Source: Podarcis muralis (lineage: Eukaryota). From it: 64,000 nt of DNA. Of the stretch, positions 12,893-24,800 are shown in pieces. Position numbers and translations under genes: made by a program. Where the stretch lies: assembly GCF_964188315.1 (NCBI RefSeq), contig NC_135668.1:30194001-30258000 (forward strand), read 5' to 3'. The notes beneath the pieces were generated by a model, which was not told the DNA's origin, did no database searches, and saw only the letters and a list, made by a program, of their open reading frames with translations. How positions within the stretch are numbered: position 1 is the first letter of the stretch; each line of letters starts with the position of its first letter.

Positions 12893-13342
12893 CAGAGCCG
12901 TCTTTCCCATAAGGCTTAGTGGCGCATCGCGCCAGGGCGCTGGCCTCTCAGGGGCACCCCAGCAAGTGGGAGAGCTGCACGGCTTTGCAGGCGGCCTCCC
13001 CTCTCCCTGCATGCCCACCAGCTGCGCCCCGCCAACCATAAGGCTGGCGGGCGTGCAGCTTTCCTCCCAAGCGTCCCAAGCCTCTGTGGGGATTGCTCTC
13101 CTCCCGAGGAGGCTTGGGAGGGAAGCTGCGCTCTCCTCCCGCGAAGGCTTGGGAGGGGCGCAACTTCACTCCCAAGCCTCTGTGAGGATCGCTCTTCCGC
13201 AGCGGCATGGGGGAGAGTTGTGCCCCCCCCCCCGATGGCTGGCATTGCGCAGCTACAGCCACCCCAACACTATCCGTGGTAATTTGGGGGGCGCTGGGCG
13301 GATATTTGCACCCCAGCGCCGCATCTGCTAAAGACGGCCCTG
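12893..13342. mobile_element. Non-autonomous hAT element, 450 bp
   Basis: TIRs CAGAGCCGTCTTT / AAAGACGGCCCTG and a perfect 8-bp TSD GGAGTCAG (12885-92, 13343-50). Internal tandem repeats of ctcccaagcctctgtg. Confidence 0.88.
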
Positions 13343-13702
13343 GGAGTCAGATACCCACCCACACTTCCTTGCAACAGCTAGGGTGTGGAAATCATTCTCT
13401 AGGACTGGATAAGCAGGATGGTAGAGCAATTGTCATTCTTGTGGCCTCCCCACCTTGTTTCACAGGGATTAGACATCTGGCAAATCCCCAAATGTCAGGT
13501 TGTCACCTGTTTGTCTTCAAGGTGACCCAAACCTGTTTGTTGCTTTAGAGTTGTTCATATCATTAATTATTATATTTATTTATATCCAGCATTTGCCCCC
13601 GACCAGGATTCAAGGTGACTTGCACAAATTAATACAACACAGATAAAATACAGAACGCCCTGATACACAGATAAAATACATATACGCCCTGATTGCTTAG
13701 TT

Positions 13703-14995
13703 CAGTGTTTCCCAACCGGTGTTCCGCGGCACACTGGTGTGCCGTGAGACCTTGCCTGGTGTGCCGTGGGAGGGAGGCGGGAGAGGCGGGGCGGCGGCGG
13801 CATCTCCTGCTGGATGCAAATCCAAACATGGCGGGCGCCTCCCTCGCTCCTTTGTAGGCGGACCATCGAGAGAGAAAGAAAAGGAGGCAAAAGAGCGAGA
13901 GAAGGCGCCTGCGCGGAAAGAGGAGCGAGCAGTGCGCCTGCGCGCCGCGGCGCCCGAGATCGCTTCTCCCCACCGCCCCTTGCTTCAAAAGAGGTCCGGG
14001 GACAGCGGGAAGCGCTTCGCGCTGCCCCCGGACCTCTTTTGAAGCAAGGCTTTGCGGGGAGAAGCGATCTCCCCGCAGCCCCTTGCTTCAAAAGAGGTCC
14101 GGGGGCAGCGGGAAGCGCAGCGCTTCTTCCCCGCTGCCCCCGGACCTCTTTTGAAGCAAGGGGCTGCGGGGAGATCGCTTCTCCCGGTGCTCCGAAGCGG
14201 GGCGGGGGGCGGGAACACCTGCCCCAGCCGCCCCGCTTCGGAACGCTGCTCCGAAGCGGGGCGGTGGGGTGGGAACCTCGCACCCCGCCGCCAGGCATCG
14301 GAACGAGGTCCTGGACCTCTTCTGAAGGCAGGCGGGGGCAAAAGTCTTTGCTCCCCCCGCCTGCCTTCCCGGGACAGCGGAGACTTCTCCGCTGCCCCGG
14401 GCGATCTTAAAATGCTGGCGGGCGGGAGCGAAGCGTTCGCTGCCGACCCCCAGCATTTTAAAATCTCCTCGGGGCAGCGGAGACTTCGCTCCCGCCCGCC
14501 AGCATTTTAAAATCGCCCCGGGACAGCAGGGGCTTTTAAAATGCTGGCGGTCGGCAGCAAAGCCCTCCTGTCCCCGGAGCTTGCGGGGCGGGAGGTGAGA
14601 AGAAGGGCTTTTCTTCCCACCGCCAGCCTTCAGAACAGCCTTCTGAAGGCTGGCAGTGGGAAGAAAAGCCCTTGTCCCCCCCCCCCCCCCAGCCTTCAGA
14701 AGAGGTCGGGGGACAGACTGTCCCCGGACCTGGTCTGAAGGCGGTTTCCCTAGGAACGCATTAATTGATTTTCAATGCATTCCTATGGGAAACCGTGCAT
14801 CGCAAGACGAAAAACTCGCAAGACGAAGAGACTTGCGGAACGAATTAATTTCGTCTTGCGAGGCACCACTGTACTTTTTATATAGTCAATACAGGCACAG
14901 AGTTAAATTTTTTAACATTTTCTAATGGTGGTGTGCCTCGAGATTTTTTTCATGAAAGAAGTGTGCCTTTGCCCAAAAAAGGTTGGGAAACACTG
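13703..14995. mobile_element. Composite non-autonomous hAT element, 1293 bp, with GC-rich palindromic arrays and a captured mariner end
   Basis: Perfect 15-bp TIRs CAGTGTTTCCCAACC / GGTTGGGAAACACTG and a perfect 8-bp TSD GCTTAGTT (13695-13702, 14996-15003). An internal Tigger-type right end, TCGTCTTGCGAGGCACCACTG|TA, ends at 14871. Confidence 0.92.
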
Positions 14996-15133
14996 GCTTA
15001 GTTGGTTAGAGTTTGGTGCAGATAATGCCAAGGTTGCAGGTTTGATCCTTGTATGGGACAGCTGCATATTCCTGCATTGCAGGGGTTTGGTCAAGATAAT
15101 CTTCATGGTCCCTTCCAATTCTACCATTCTATG
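14996..15133 (+). mobile_element. tRNA-head / CR1-tail SINE (another copy at ~32450-32570, minus strand)
   Basis: A box gcttagttggttagag, B box ggtttgatcc, CR1-like tail ccttccaattctaccattctatga. Confidence 0.75.
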
Positions 15134-15289
15134 ATCATCACTAAAAAGCAACTAAACTCCAATAGAAGTAAAACAATATAAAGAATAAAGCTATTAATAA
15201 AAACAGTAAAAATAAACAGTGGTATTAAAAGACCTTTCCTTCAAAATCCCCACAAAACAAGTCAGTTCCCCAAGGCCTGTCGGAATAAA

Positions 15290-15880
15290 ACAGTCTTCAC
15301 CTGCTGGCAGTGGACAAGGTGGGAGCCATTCTAGCTTCTCTAGGAAGTTCATGGGAGCAGCCATCAAGAAGGCTCTGTGTTGCCACAAAGCATGCCTGTG
15401 AGGTTGGCAGGACTGAGAGAAGGGTCTTCCCTGAAGATCTCGGAGCGCAGGCAGGTTTATATGGAAGAATATGGTCTTTCAGATAGGGCTTTATTGGTCA
15501 CAACCAACACTTTGAATTGTGCCTGGAAACAAACTGGTAACCAGCGGAGCTGTTGCAACAAGGGTGTCATATGGTTCCTATAACCTGCCCCAGTCAACAG
15601 TCTATCAGGGGTCAGCAAACCTTTTCAGCAGGGGGCCAGTCCACTGTCCCTCAGACCTTATTTTAAATAAAAGGACACATTCTACTAAGTAAAACCGGCT
15701 GATTCCCAGACCGTTTGCGGGCCGGATTTAGAAGGCGATTGGCCAGATAAGTTTGCCTACCCCTGGTCTAGCTTCACCTTTTTGGACCAGTTGAAGTTTC
15801 TGGGCACTTTCAAAGGCAGCCCAACGCAGAGTATGTTAACAGTAATCCACACAGGGATGCAACTAAAGTGTGTGCCGCTA
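15290..15880 (-). mobile_element. L2 LINE fragment interrupted by a hAT MITE (15606-15765)
   Basis: L2 ORF2-end sequence on both sides, similar to the 48040-48535 copy. MITE TIRs CAGGGGTCAGCAAAC / GTTTGCCTACCCCTG, with no clean TSD. Confidence 0.7.
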
Positions 15881-16452
15881 TGGCCAGATCAGTTTTAGTT
15901 CCCTGATGGAAGCCCTGCCCAGTCTCTGGCAGCCAAAAGAGGCCAGTAGTCCTGCATGGCTGAAGGCTGGTGGAGTCCTCTGCCTGCCTGCCACCCTCCC
16001 TGCCCTTGGAGCAGGTTCACAGAGGCTCCCTTGCCAGGCAAGGCCCTGGCGAGGGAGCCTCTGTGGCTGCTACTTTGCTCCCTGGGGGGACCTGAGGTGA
16101 GAAGGCTCCTATCCCTTCCATCTTGCAACAACAGCCTGAGATTCACCTAACCCAACGGAACGGCTAAGCTCTCTATTTCTGCCGGGTAAGAGGGTTAAAG
16201 AGGCAGATTTGGCTCCTGACATAATCAGGCAGAAAGGCAAGTGGAGGGGAAAGAAGCACCATCCCCCCACCCCAGGAAGGCCAATCGCTGGTCCCAAGGA
16301 TCAAAGGTGGAGGCAGCGGGTTGCCAGTTGGCCAATCTCAGCCTCTCAACTAATTGGCTTTCTCTTTGCAACCGCTTTCTGGAGAGTAGGCTCCACCTGG
16401 TCCCAGGGATGTGCTGCTGAGCAAAGGGCTGGGCCCACTGAGCCAGGAGCAG

Positions 16453-19400
16453 ATGACTGGGGGACGAGGGCAGGTCGTCCAGCCGTTCCCTTGGGGAGCT
16501 GGGGGCACCGGGAACAGAGGAGGAGGGATGGTGCCAGGCTACTGCAAGGCCCAGGTAAGCAGAGGGGAGGCTTCAAGACTTGTCAGCTCTCGGGTTTGGC
16601 CAAGGCCTGTCACAAGAGGCCCCCAAGGGAGGGAACAGCCAGAACAGGCGATGCCAGCTTGAACACGAGCTGCTGCTTCTACCCCTGGGCCACACTGACT
16701 GGCAGCACCTCACCAGGGTATCAGACAGGGGGCATTCCTAGTCTCTCCTGGAGATGCCATGGGTATCAAACCAAGGACCTTCTGCCAAGCAGGTGCTCTT
16801 CCACTGAGCCACAATGGACCTTCTGCTGTTCCTGCAAGGCCCAAGCTCAGGCCAGAGTCCCAGCAACCTCCCCTCAAGTGAGAAAGCCTCTAGCCGTGGC
16901 CAATGTTGGGGAAAGCAAGCTAGCCATTTGCCCAGCAGCTCACTTGGCCCTTGCCCTCAGATCCAGGACCAGGGAAGGATCAGGCCTCCCACGGAGGTTC
17001 AGAGGATAAAGGCTTGTGAGCCTCAGCCTTGACAATCAACACAACTAAATGAAAGATAATTGGACTCACAACGAGAATGTAGAAAAAAACACATGCAGAG
17101 GGTTCTTGGGATGATGCATGTGTGGCCGGGGGGAGGGGGTTGGGGGTTGGGTCGCCCTTCTTGCCTTGTTCACACAGTCTGCCCAGCACTGTTCCCCAGT
17201 GCTCAGGGGGACTTCCAGAAGGGGTTTTCTGTTGCAAACGGGTCCTGCAGGGCTGGTTTTCAGATGCATGCAATTGGCACGTGGCCTTCCACACATCTTG
17301 TTTATTCAACCGTGGATTTTCACTGTTACCCCGCTTGCCATCCACATCAGAGGGTGGAGCCTGGCAGAATTAATTCAGTTGGTGGCTTTTTTGCCCCTCC
17401 TCTGCATCGCTGGCAGCACAGAAGGAGGCATAGCTGTCAACGTTCCCTTTTTTGCGAGAAATTCCCTTATTCCAGCGCCGTTTCCCACTGCTATCCCGGA
17501 TTGTTAGATATCCCGTAGACTGTCCCCAGGACAGGCGAGGTTGCTGATCCCTTATTTTCAAATCTGAAAGTTGACAGCTATGAGAAGAAGGCAAGAGGGC
17601 AAACTTGGCTAGCCCAGTTGTCGTGTTTCACAAGGCACAAAATGGAGGCCTGTTGGCAGAAGGGGGAGCGATATCTCTTGATTCTTTTTTTTATATATAC
17701 TGTACTTGGGAAGTGCTATATTGATCTGCTGTTTGGCTGGGACCAAGTGGCAACATTTTTTTTAAATATGGCTAATCTTATCTATATATCCCTGTAACCA
17801 TTAACAGCACAGCTATGCAGTCTCTTCCCCCACCCCATCCCCAAAGCGCAGCATCAATGAAAGACTGAAGTTCTCTTGTTTAAAAAAATAATTTTTATTG
17901 GTTTTACAAAAAATTTAAAATTCATTATATATCATCTCCTAGAATTCCTTTATCTTTTTACAATTCCACCACATATAATAAAAGGTGCCAAGGAGGAGGT
18001 TTTGTGCATGAAATTCAGATTAAACCTTTTAAAAGAGAAAGTCTGGTGTATGTGCTGTGATTACAGTCTGAAGAGGTAATTCCCCACAATGACTTGATAT
18101 CACAACTTCCTCTCATCAGGCCACTGAAATTCAAATGCACCTTCAGCATTGTAGTCATTACTGGGAATGAACATCTTCTGTCTCTTACTGGTGTATCTGG
18201 AACAAAATAGCTTAACTTGTGCTCTGGAGAGGAGCTGACGAATGCAGGGTTTATGTGTGTGATAGAGGCCACCCACCAAAACTTCAGTCAACACCACACA
18301 CATGACAAACTATCCCTCCCCACCCCCCCAAAAAAAACCCCACAACAACTCTGTGCCAAGAAATTTCTACACCAGACAGTGACAGCGGATGTTTAACAGG
18401 TTGTTTCTACTTATCGGATTTCCCAGAGGAAGGGGAAATCCGGATTAAATGTAAATTTAAAAAATGTGGGCTGGGATTTTGATGGCGGTGATGTTGTATA
18501 AACAATGCAGAAAACTTGTGTGCCTGAGCAGCATTGTTTTCCACAAAGAAATCCTGCCTGGAAGGAGCCTCCACAGGGATGCTACCCCATAACCTGGTGC
18601 CAGCTCTTGCCTCTAGAAGCTCAGGATTCACCCACTCATCCAGCCAGTGTGGTGTAGTGGTTAAGAGCGGTAGTCTCATAATCTGGGGAACCGGGTTCGC
18701 GTCTCCGCTCCTCCACATGCAGCTGCTGGATGACCTTGGGCCAGTCACACTTCTTTGAAGTCTCTCAGCCCCACTCACCTCACAGAGTGTTTGTTGTGGG
18801 GGAGGAAGGGAAAGGAGAATGTTAGCCACTTTGAGTCTCCTTCGGGTAGTGATAAAGCGGGATATCAAATCCAAACTCTTCAGGAATGGAACATGAGCAC
18901 CTTCTTTGTGTAGAGTAGCTTCTAGGAAGCAGAGCGCCAATTTCCCTCTAGGTGTGGTGCCCCTGCCTCTCTTGTAACAGGAATCCAAGGGAGTGTTTCT
19001 CTAAGATGCTGGTTGGTGCCTGGAGGGGTCCTCTCCATAAAATCTCCTTAAGCTGATGGGCAGCAGTTTCAGGCCCCTGGCTCTGGGCACATGGAGAATT
19101 AAGCTCCCCATCTTGAGGTGATATCCCAGCTGGGTTGAGGAACACATTCTATTCAAACTCTTTCCCAGGTGTGCTTCTTGACTGAGGAGGGTGAAAGGTG
19201 TTCAAGGAGCTTCCTGAGGCAGGCAAAAAATGTGGCCAACTAGCAAAGGTGGTCCCTTACCCTGCAATGCATCCCTAACTTCATTGGCCCAACTGCAGAT
19301 CATGGGGAGGGACTCTGCCCAGCTCAGGTGGGAGGAGGGGATGGATGCTGTGCCTGTGTCAATTAGGAGTGACTCTAATCCCTCTCTAGGGTTATTACTC

Positions 19401-21829
19401 AGGTGCAGAGCTAGGGGTGGGTGGGTGGGTGGCTTTGGCTGGCTCCTCTTTGGGGCCATTGCCTTATGGGATCCAGGTGTTGCTGTCCTAGACCCAGGGA
19501 AAGAATAAGAAATGCAACAGCTGCAAAACTGGTTGGAAGCAGCAGGCAGAGAACTCAGTGACACAGGAGCTTTGGAGTCTTTGGAAAGTGGGCCAATGAG
19601 AAGGTTGTTAGCATCCAAAGGTGTCCTGCAGAGTGATAATAAGGCAATGCAAGCAAGTTAAAACAATGAGTCTTAGGAGTGTCAGGAGCCATCTTCTACT
19701 GAATCAGACTAGCCAGCTCAGCACTGTCTACACTGGCTGGCAGCAATAGCTCTCCAGTCTTCATTCAGGGGCCTTCCCAGCCATACCTGGAGAAGGGGCT
19801 TGAGATTGAACCTGGAACCTTCTACATGCCAAGCAGATGCTCTGCCATTGAGCCACAGCCCCTCCTGGTCTTAAAGTGTGCCATTCAGTATCCCTGCTTG
19901 GTATACAAATTCATTTTCCTGTATATGCTCACTGAGATTTACCTTTAAAGTATTGCACTGTCAATTGGACTTATTGACAGTGCCAGAGCAATCCTCCTGG
20001 GCACACGTGAACTCCAGATTACAGGGAAGCCTGTGGAGTCAGCCTGGAAAGCCCATCTCTGCTCACAGACAGGTGCCTATTATGCTACTTCCATAGCAGA
20101 CTGCTCAGCTGGCACGTCTCAGTGACAGGAATGTGCCCTCCCTTTCTAACCTATTGTGTGTTCCACAGTCTCAGGATGGGTGGCACAAAACTCTCTGAGG
20201 GCACAGAAACATTGCAACCCACAGCTGGTTTTCCCACAAGGGAGAAACCATGCATGAATTGTTTTATTTATTAACTGCAGTTAATATAAGAGGAGCTGCT
20301 CTAAAGTACAGCGTAGAACAGCAAAAAGAAATTACCAGTAAGAACTAAAACACCATCTTAGAAATTCTGTGTCACTGCCAGTTCATGACCCACAGCTGGC
20401 CCCAAGAGCTGGGTTGCTTGTTTTGCATATTTTGTCCAGCTGAACCAGAGACTGGTGGGTTGGTGGAAGCACGTTGGACCCTGAATGTGACGCCTGCCCC
20501 CCTCCAGCAGCAACAGATGGTACCTGAGCTTCCCAATCCCCTTAATCCCGCCTCCTGCAGGCTGTGCCCCTCACTCACTGCTCAAGGACCTGCTCAGGGA
20601 CAGCCTTGTGGGTGGGCCAAGCCTAGGGACTGACCCAGGACAATCCGGCTGCCCAGCCCCTCACCCATGCAGGCAACAGACCCTAGCTGCTTTCTGCTGG
20701 CAGAGGCTTGGGGTGAAGGGTCCAGTGAGATGGAAGAGGCAGGGAGTCCAGCTCATTGTGGGTAGGGAGACAGAGGGTTGCTGGGCATGTAGAGAGGGCC
20801 TAAGTAGGTAACACTCAACTTCCCTCTCCCCTACTCAGATTTGCTGCTGCTGCGGCCCAGCCCCTTGCACCTTGTGCTGCCCCTGCTGCCCCGGCATCAA
20901 GGTCTCGACGGGGACCCGGCTCCTCTACATGCTCTTCCACATCCTGGCCTGTGCCAGCTGCTGCTTCATGCTCTCCCGCACTGTGGCTGAAGCCATCAAG
21001 GAGAACGTGAGTGAGTGAGAAGCCACTGCCATTGGGAGCTTCCTCCACCTGCACCTGGAGGCTCATTGGGGTGGGGGGAGGGGAGGACAACTGGCCACTA
21101 TTCTGAGAAAATAATCTCTTCTAAGTGGCAGGGAGGGGCTTGAATGACCAGCTTCCTCTTATTAATTCACTTCCCTTTTAAAAATGCTATTACTCTAGTT
21201 CTATTTAAAAAGAGAAGAAAGCAGAGGGTGGGCTCTGCAAAGCAAACATTTTAATTCCACACTAAATAGTGGCACAGGGACGTGGGTGGTGCTGTGGGTT
21301 AAACCACAGAGCTTAGGACTTGCCGATCAGAAGGTCGGCGGTTCGAATCCCCGTGACGGGGTGAGCTCCCGTTGCTTGGTCCCTGCTCCTGCCAACCTAG
21401 CAGTTCGAAAGCACGTCAAAGTGCAAGTAGCTAAACAGGTACCGCTCCAGCAGGAAGGTAAACGGTGTTTCCGTGTGCTGCTCTGGTTCGCCAGAAGCAG
21501 CTTAGTCATGCTGGCCACATGACCCGGAAGCTGTATGCCGGCTCCCTCAGACAGTAAAGCAAGATGAGCCCAGAGTCGGCCACGACTGGACCTAATGGTC
21601 AGGGGTCCCTTTACCTTTACCTTTTAAATAGTGGCACAATGGTTAGCATGTTGGACTCGGACCAGGAATACAAGGGTTCAAATCCCTACTTGGCCATGAA
21701 GCTCACTGGGTGTGATTTGGGGGGGGCACATCTTGCCTCACAGGGTTTCTGTGGGGATTAAATGAGATGGGAAATAGCCATGCATGCTGCTTTGAGCTCC
21801 TTGGAGTGGCATAAAGTGGGATATAAATG

Positions 21830-21875
<46 letters not shown>

Positions 21876-24800
21876 GGGGTTCCAGGGTGGAAGTTCTGGC
21901 AATGCTTCCCCCCACCCCGGGTCTCTCTCCCTTCCTTCCACAGGTGCCTTTCTACGCAGTGCTGTGTGAGCATCTTCCTGGGGGCAGTGACTGTGACATC
22001 CTGGTGGGCTACTCAGCCGTCTACAGGGTCTGCTTTGGCACCGCCTGCTTCTACCTGGGCCAGGCAGCCTTCTTGGTCAACATCAAGTCCAGCAGCAACG
22101 TCCGTGCCCTCTTGCACAATGGGTGAGGAGAAGGGAGGTCCTGACACAGACCTGGCAGCCCCTGGGCTGTTACGGAGGAACAGGCAGAGGAAGCCACAGG
22201 CCCGTCCATCCAGGGGCCACCCTGGTTATTCACTGCCTCTTTGGGGTCTGTTGCAGGTTCTGGTTCCTGAAGCTCCTCATCCTTGTGGGGCTCTGCGCAG
22301 CCGCCTTCTTCATCCAAGACCAGCGCTTCCTCCGAGGTAAGGAGAATAGAAGAGCAGCCCACTTGGCTGCAGGCTGGTGGCTCTGCAACTTGCTCTTGCC
22401 AAGAGCCCCACCCCTCATCACTGTAGGGACAGCCCTCCAGGTAGGAATGGAGGAAGGCAGCCATTTCCCTTCTTCACCAGCCTCGTTTCCATTCTGCTGC
22501 AGTTCAGTTTCCACCAAATACGACATAATTTGTCTTGCTGCCTGCTGTTTGATGTAGGTTAAAATTATGTAATGTGAATAATTGTTTGGGTAACTTACAT
22601 ACATTTCAAGGTAAAAGAAATATCAAAAGAATGTAAGGAAAGAAAGAAACATTTATCATTCATTGTCATCTGCAGACTTGAAAACAACAAGCGGAACATA
22701 TATGGACCCTTTTTGCTTGACAGATTTCTGAACAGGCAAAAAGGAGCCATTCCCTCATCCTTTTCTGTTTCTGTCAGAATCAGCATCCCTCCCTCTCTTA
22801 CTTCCTTACTGATAATCCTCTGAGGGGACCCATAGGAGGTGGAGATGGCCACCAGCTTTGAAAGATTGCTTTAAGAGATTAGACAAATTCATGGAGGCAG
22901 CTGTACTTCTGAATACCAGTTCCTGGAAAGCACAGAAGGAAAGGGAGCTCATGTGCTCAAATCCTGCTTGCTGGTTTCCCATTGAGGCATCTTGTTGGCC
23001 ACCATGAGATGGGGATGCTGGACCAGATGGGCCCTCATTGGCCTGATTGAGCAGGCTCTTGCTCCCATCATCCTGCTCCTCAGCCAAAAAAGTCTTCTCT
23101 TTGAGGGATCTAAGCCAGAAGAGCCTCTTTCCTGCCTTTCCTGGCCAGAGCTGAGCTGGCTTTCCAGAGTCCTCAGGACAGCCAGAGGTGGCACTTGGCT
23201 TCTTTGGTCCCCCTGACCACCGCCCACATTTCTGTCCTCCTTTGGCCCTTGCAGCCTGGCACTTGGTTGGTGTCTGTGGAGGCTTTGCCTTCATCCTGGT
23301 CCAGCTGGTGCTGATCACAGCCTTTGCCCACACCTGGAACAAGAACTGGTGAGTCTGCCTTCTGGATGGAATGGGTTGGGGCACTTTCCTGGACCAAGTG
23401 CCCACAAGGGGACCGGAGAAGGAAGGGAGGGAGCTGGCCTCAGGTCAGTGCTCCAAACAAGCTTTTCCCTCGTTCTCTCACAGGCTGACAGGTGCCTCCA
23501 CGGACAAGCGCTGGTACCTGGCTATCTTCCTGGCCACACTGGGCTTCTACACCATAGCCTCCACCGCTTACACTTTCCTGTACAAATTCTACACCCACCC
23601 AGGCGGCTGTTTCCTCAACAAGGGGCTGCTGGCCTTCAACGGTGCCCTGTGCCTCCTGATGTCCTTCATCTCCATCACTCCCTGCGTCCGCCTGCGTGAG
23701 TAATGGCATGTGTGGATTTTGCAGCACAGGGTGGGATTGGAGGGGCAGGGCTCATAGCCTTCTGTGGCCTGCAACAAGCAAAGCGTAGAGCACTCTCAGG
23801 ACTTAATTGCCCAAACAAGAAGCACTGAACCAGCGCCCTCTTCTCTCTGGAAGTTCCTCTCCCAAGGATGTTGAGTTCAAGGTGGTTTCCTTAGAGGGAT
23901 GGGTGCTAGGAGGGTAAATAATTTTATCAAATACTCACCTAAGAGAGCAGGCTTCTAGGTACACAACAAGGTGAAGCAGAAAGAATAGGTCCAGGTGCAG
24001 AAGGTGATTCAGAAACAAGGTCATGAGACAGTCCCAGGACCCTGTCACAGGGAGCTCAGCAAGGATGGGGATCAGAGAGCCAGAGGCCTGTGATGTTTCC
24101 AGCAATTGGAAGGGTCAGGAGGCGGCTTATATACTCTGCCTCCTACAGCACACCCTAACTACAGCTCCTGGCAGTGAGGGAGCATCAGGAATCATGTACA
24201 CACAAGTAGACCAATGACTCTGGGCCGATAGACACAGACTGCATTTTCACTCTTTATTGCTGGGATGGGGATGTTTTTTGAGGACACTGATAACCCTTTA
24301 TTCCCCTTGCACCTGCCTGCTCCCAGGACAGCCAAGCTCCAGCCCCTTACAGGCCTCCATCATCTGCTGCTACGTCATGTACCTGACCTTCTCCGCCCTG
24401 TCCAGCCGGCCACCAGAGAAAGGTCTGTGTCAGCTCTCAGCCTTTGCCTTCTGGGGAGATCCACGGGGGTGAGGCAGGCCCTCAATCAGCTAATGGCATT
24501 TTCCTCCTCCTCTCCCACAGTGCAGTACAAGGGGCAGAATCTCACCATCTGCTTCCCCAGTGTGAGCAAGGACGGGATGCAGACTGAGGACACAACGGTG
24601 GCTATCCTGGGGGCTGGGGTCATGTACGCCTGCGTCCTCTTTGCCTGGTGGGTACCTGCCTATGTGCCCCCAGAGGTCTCAGATCCCAAGCCAGGGATTG
24701 ACCCCAGCTTGCCAGAGTGGGGTCTGGGAATAAGGGACCTGCACTGCCACCCATTCCTGTTACAAGTTAACAGACTGGTGGAGAATGCGGGCAAGTTGCA

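Noticed and set aside
13702-14510. Several 100-214 aa ORFs on both strands
   Set aside because: They lie in the GC-rich palindromic interior of a non-autonomous transposon and show no transposase or other motifs.
14996-15060. tRNA genes (also at 18641, 21631, 59485)
   Set aside because: A/B boxes continue into SINE bodies and LINE-derived tails, with no complete cloverleaf.
16209-17009. 266-aa plus-strand ORF
   Set aside because: Non-ATG start and no homology recognised. It overlaps the likely SERINC4 exon 1 in another frame.
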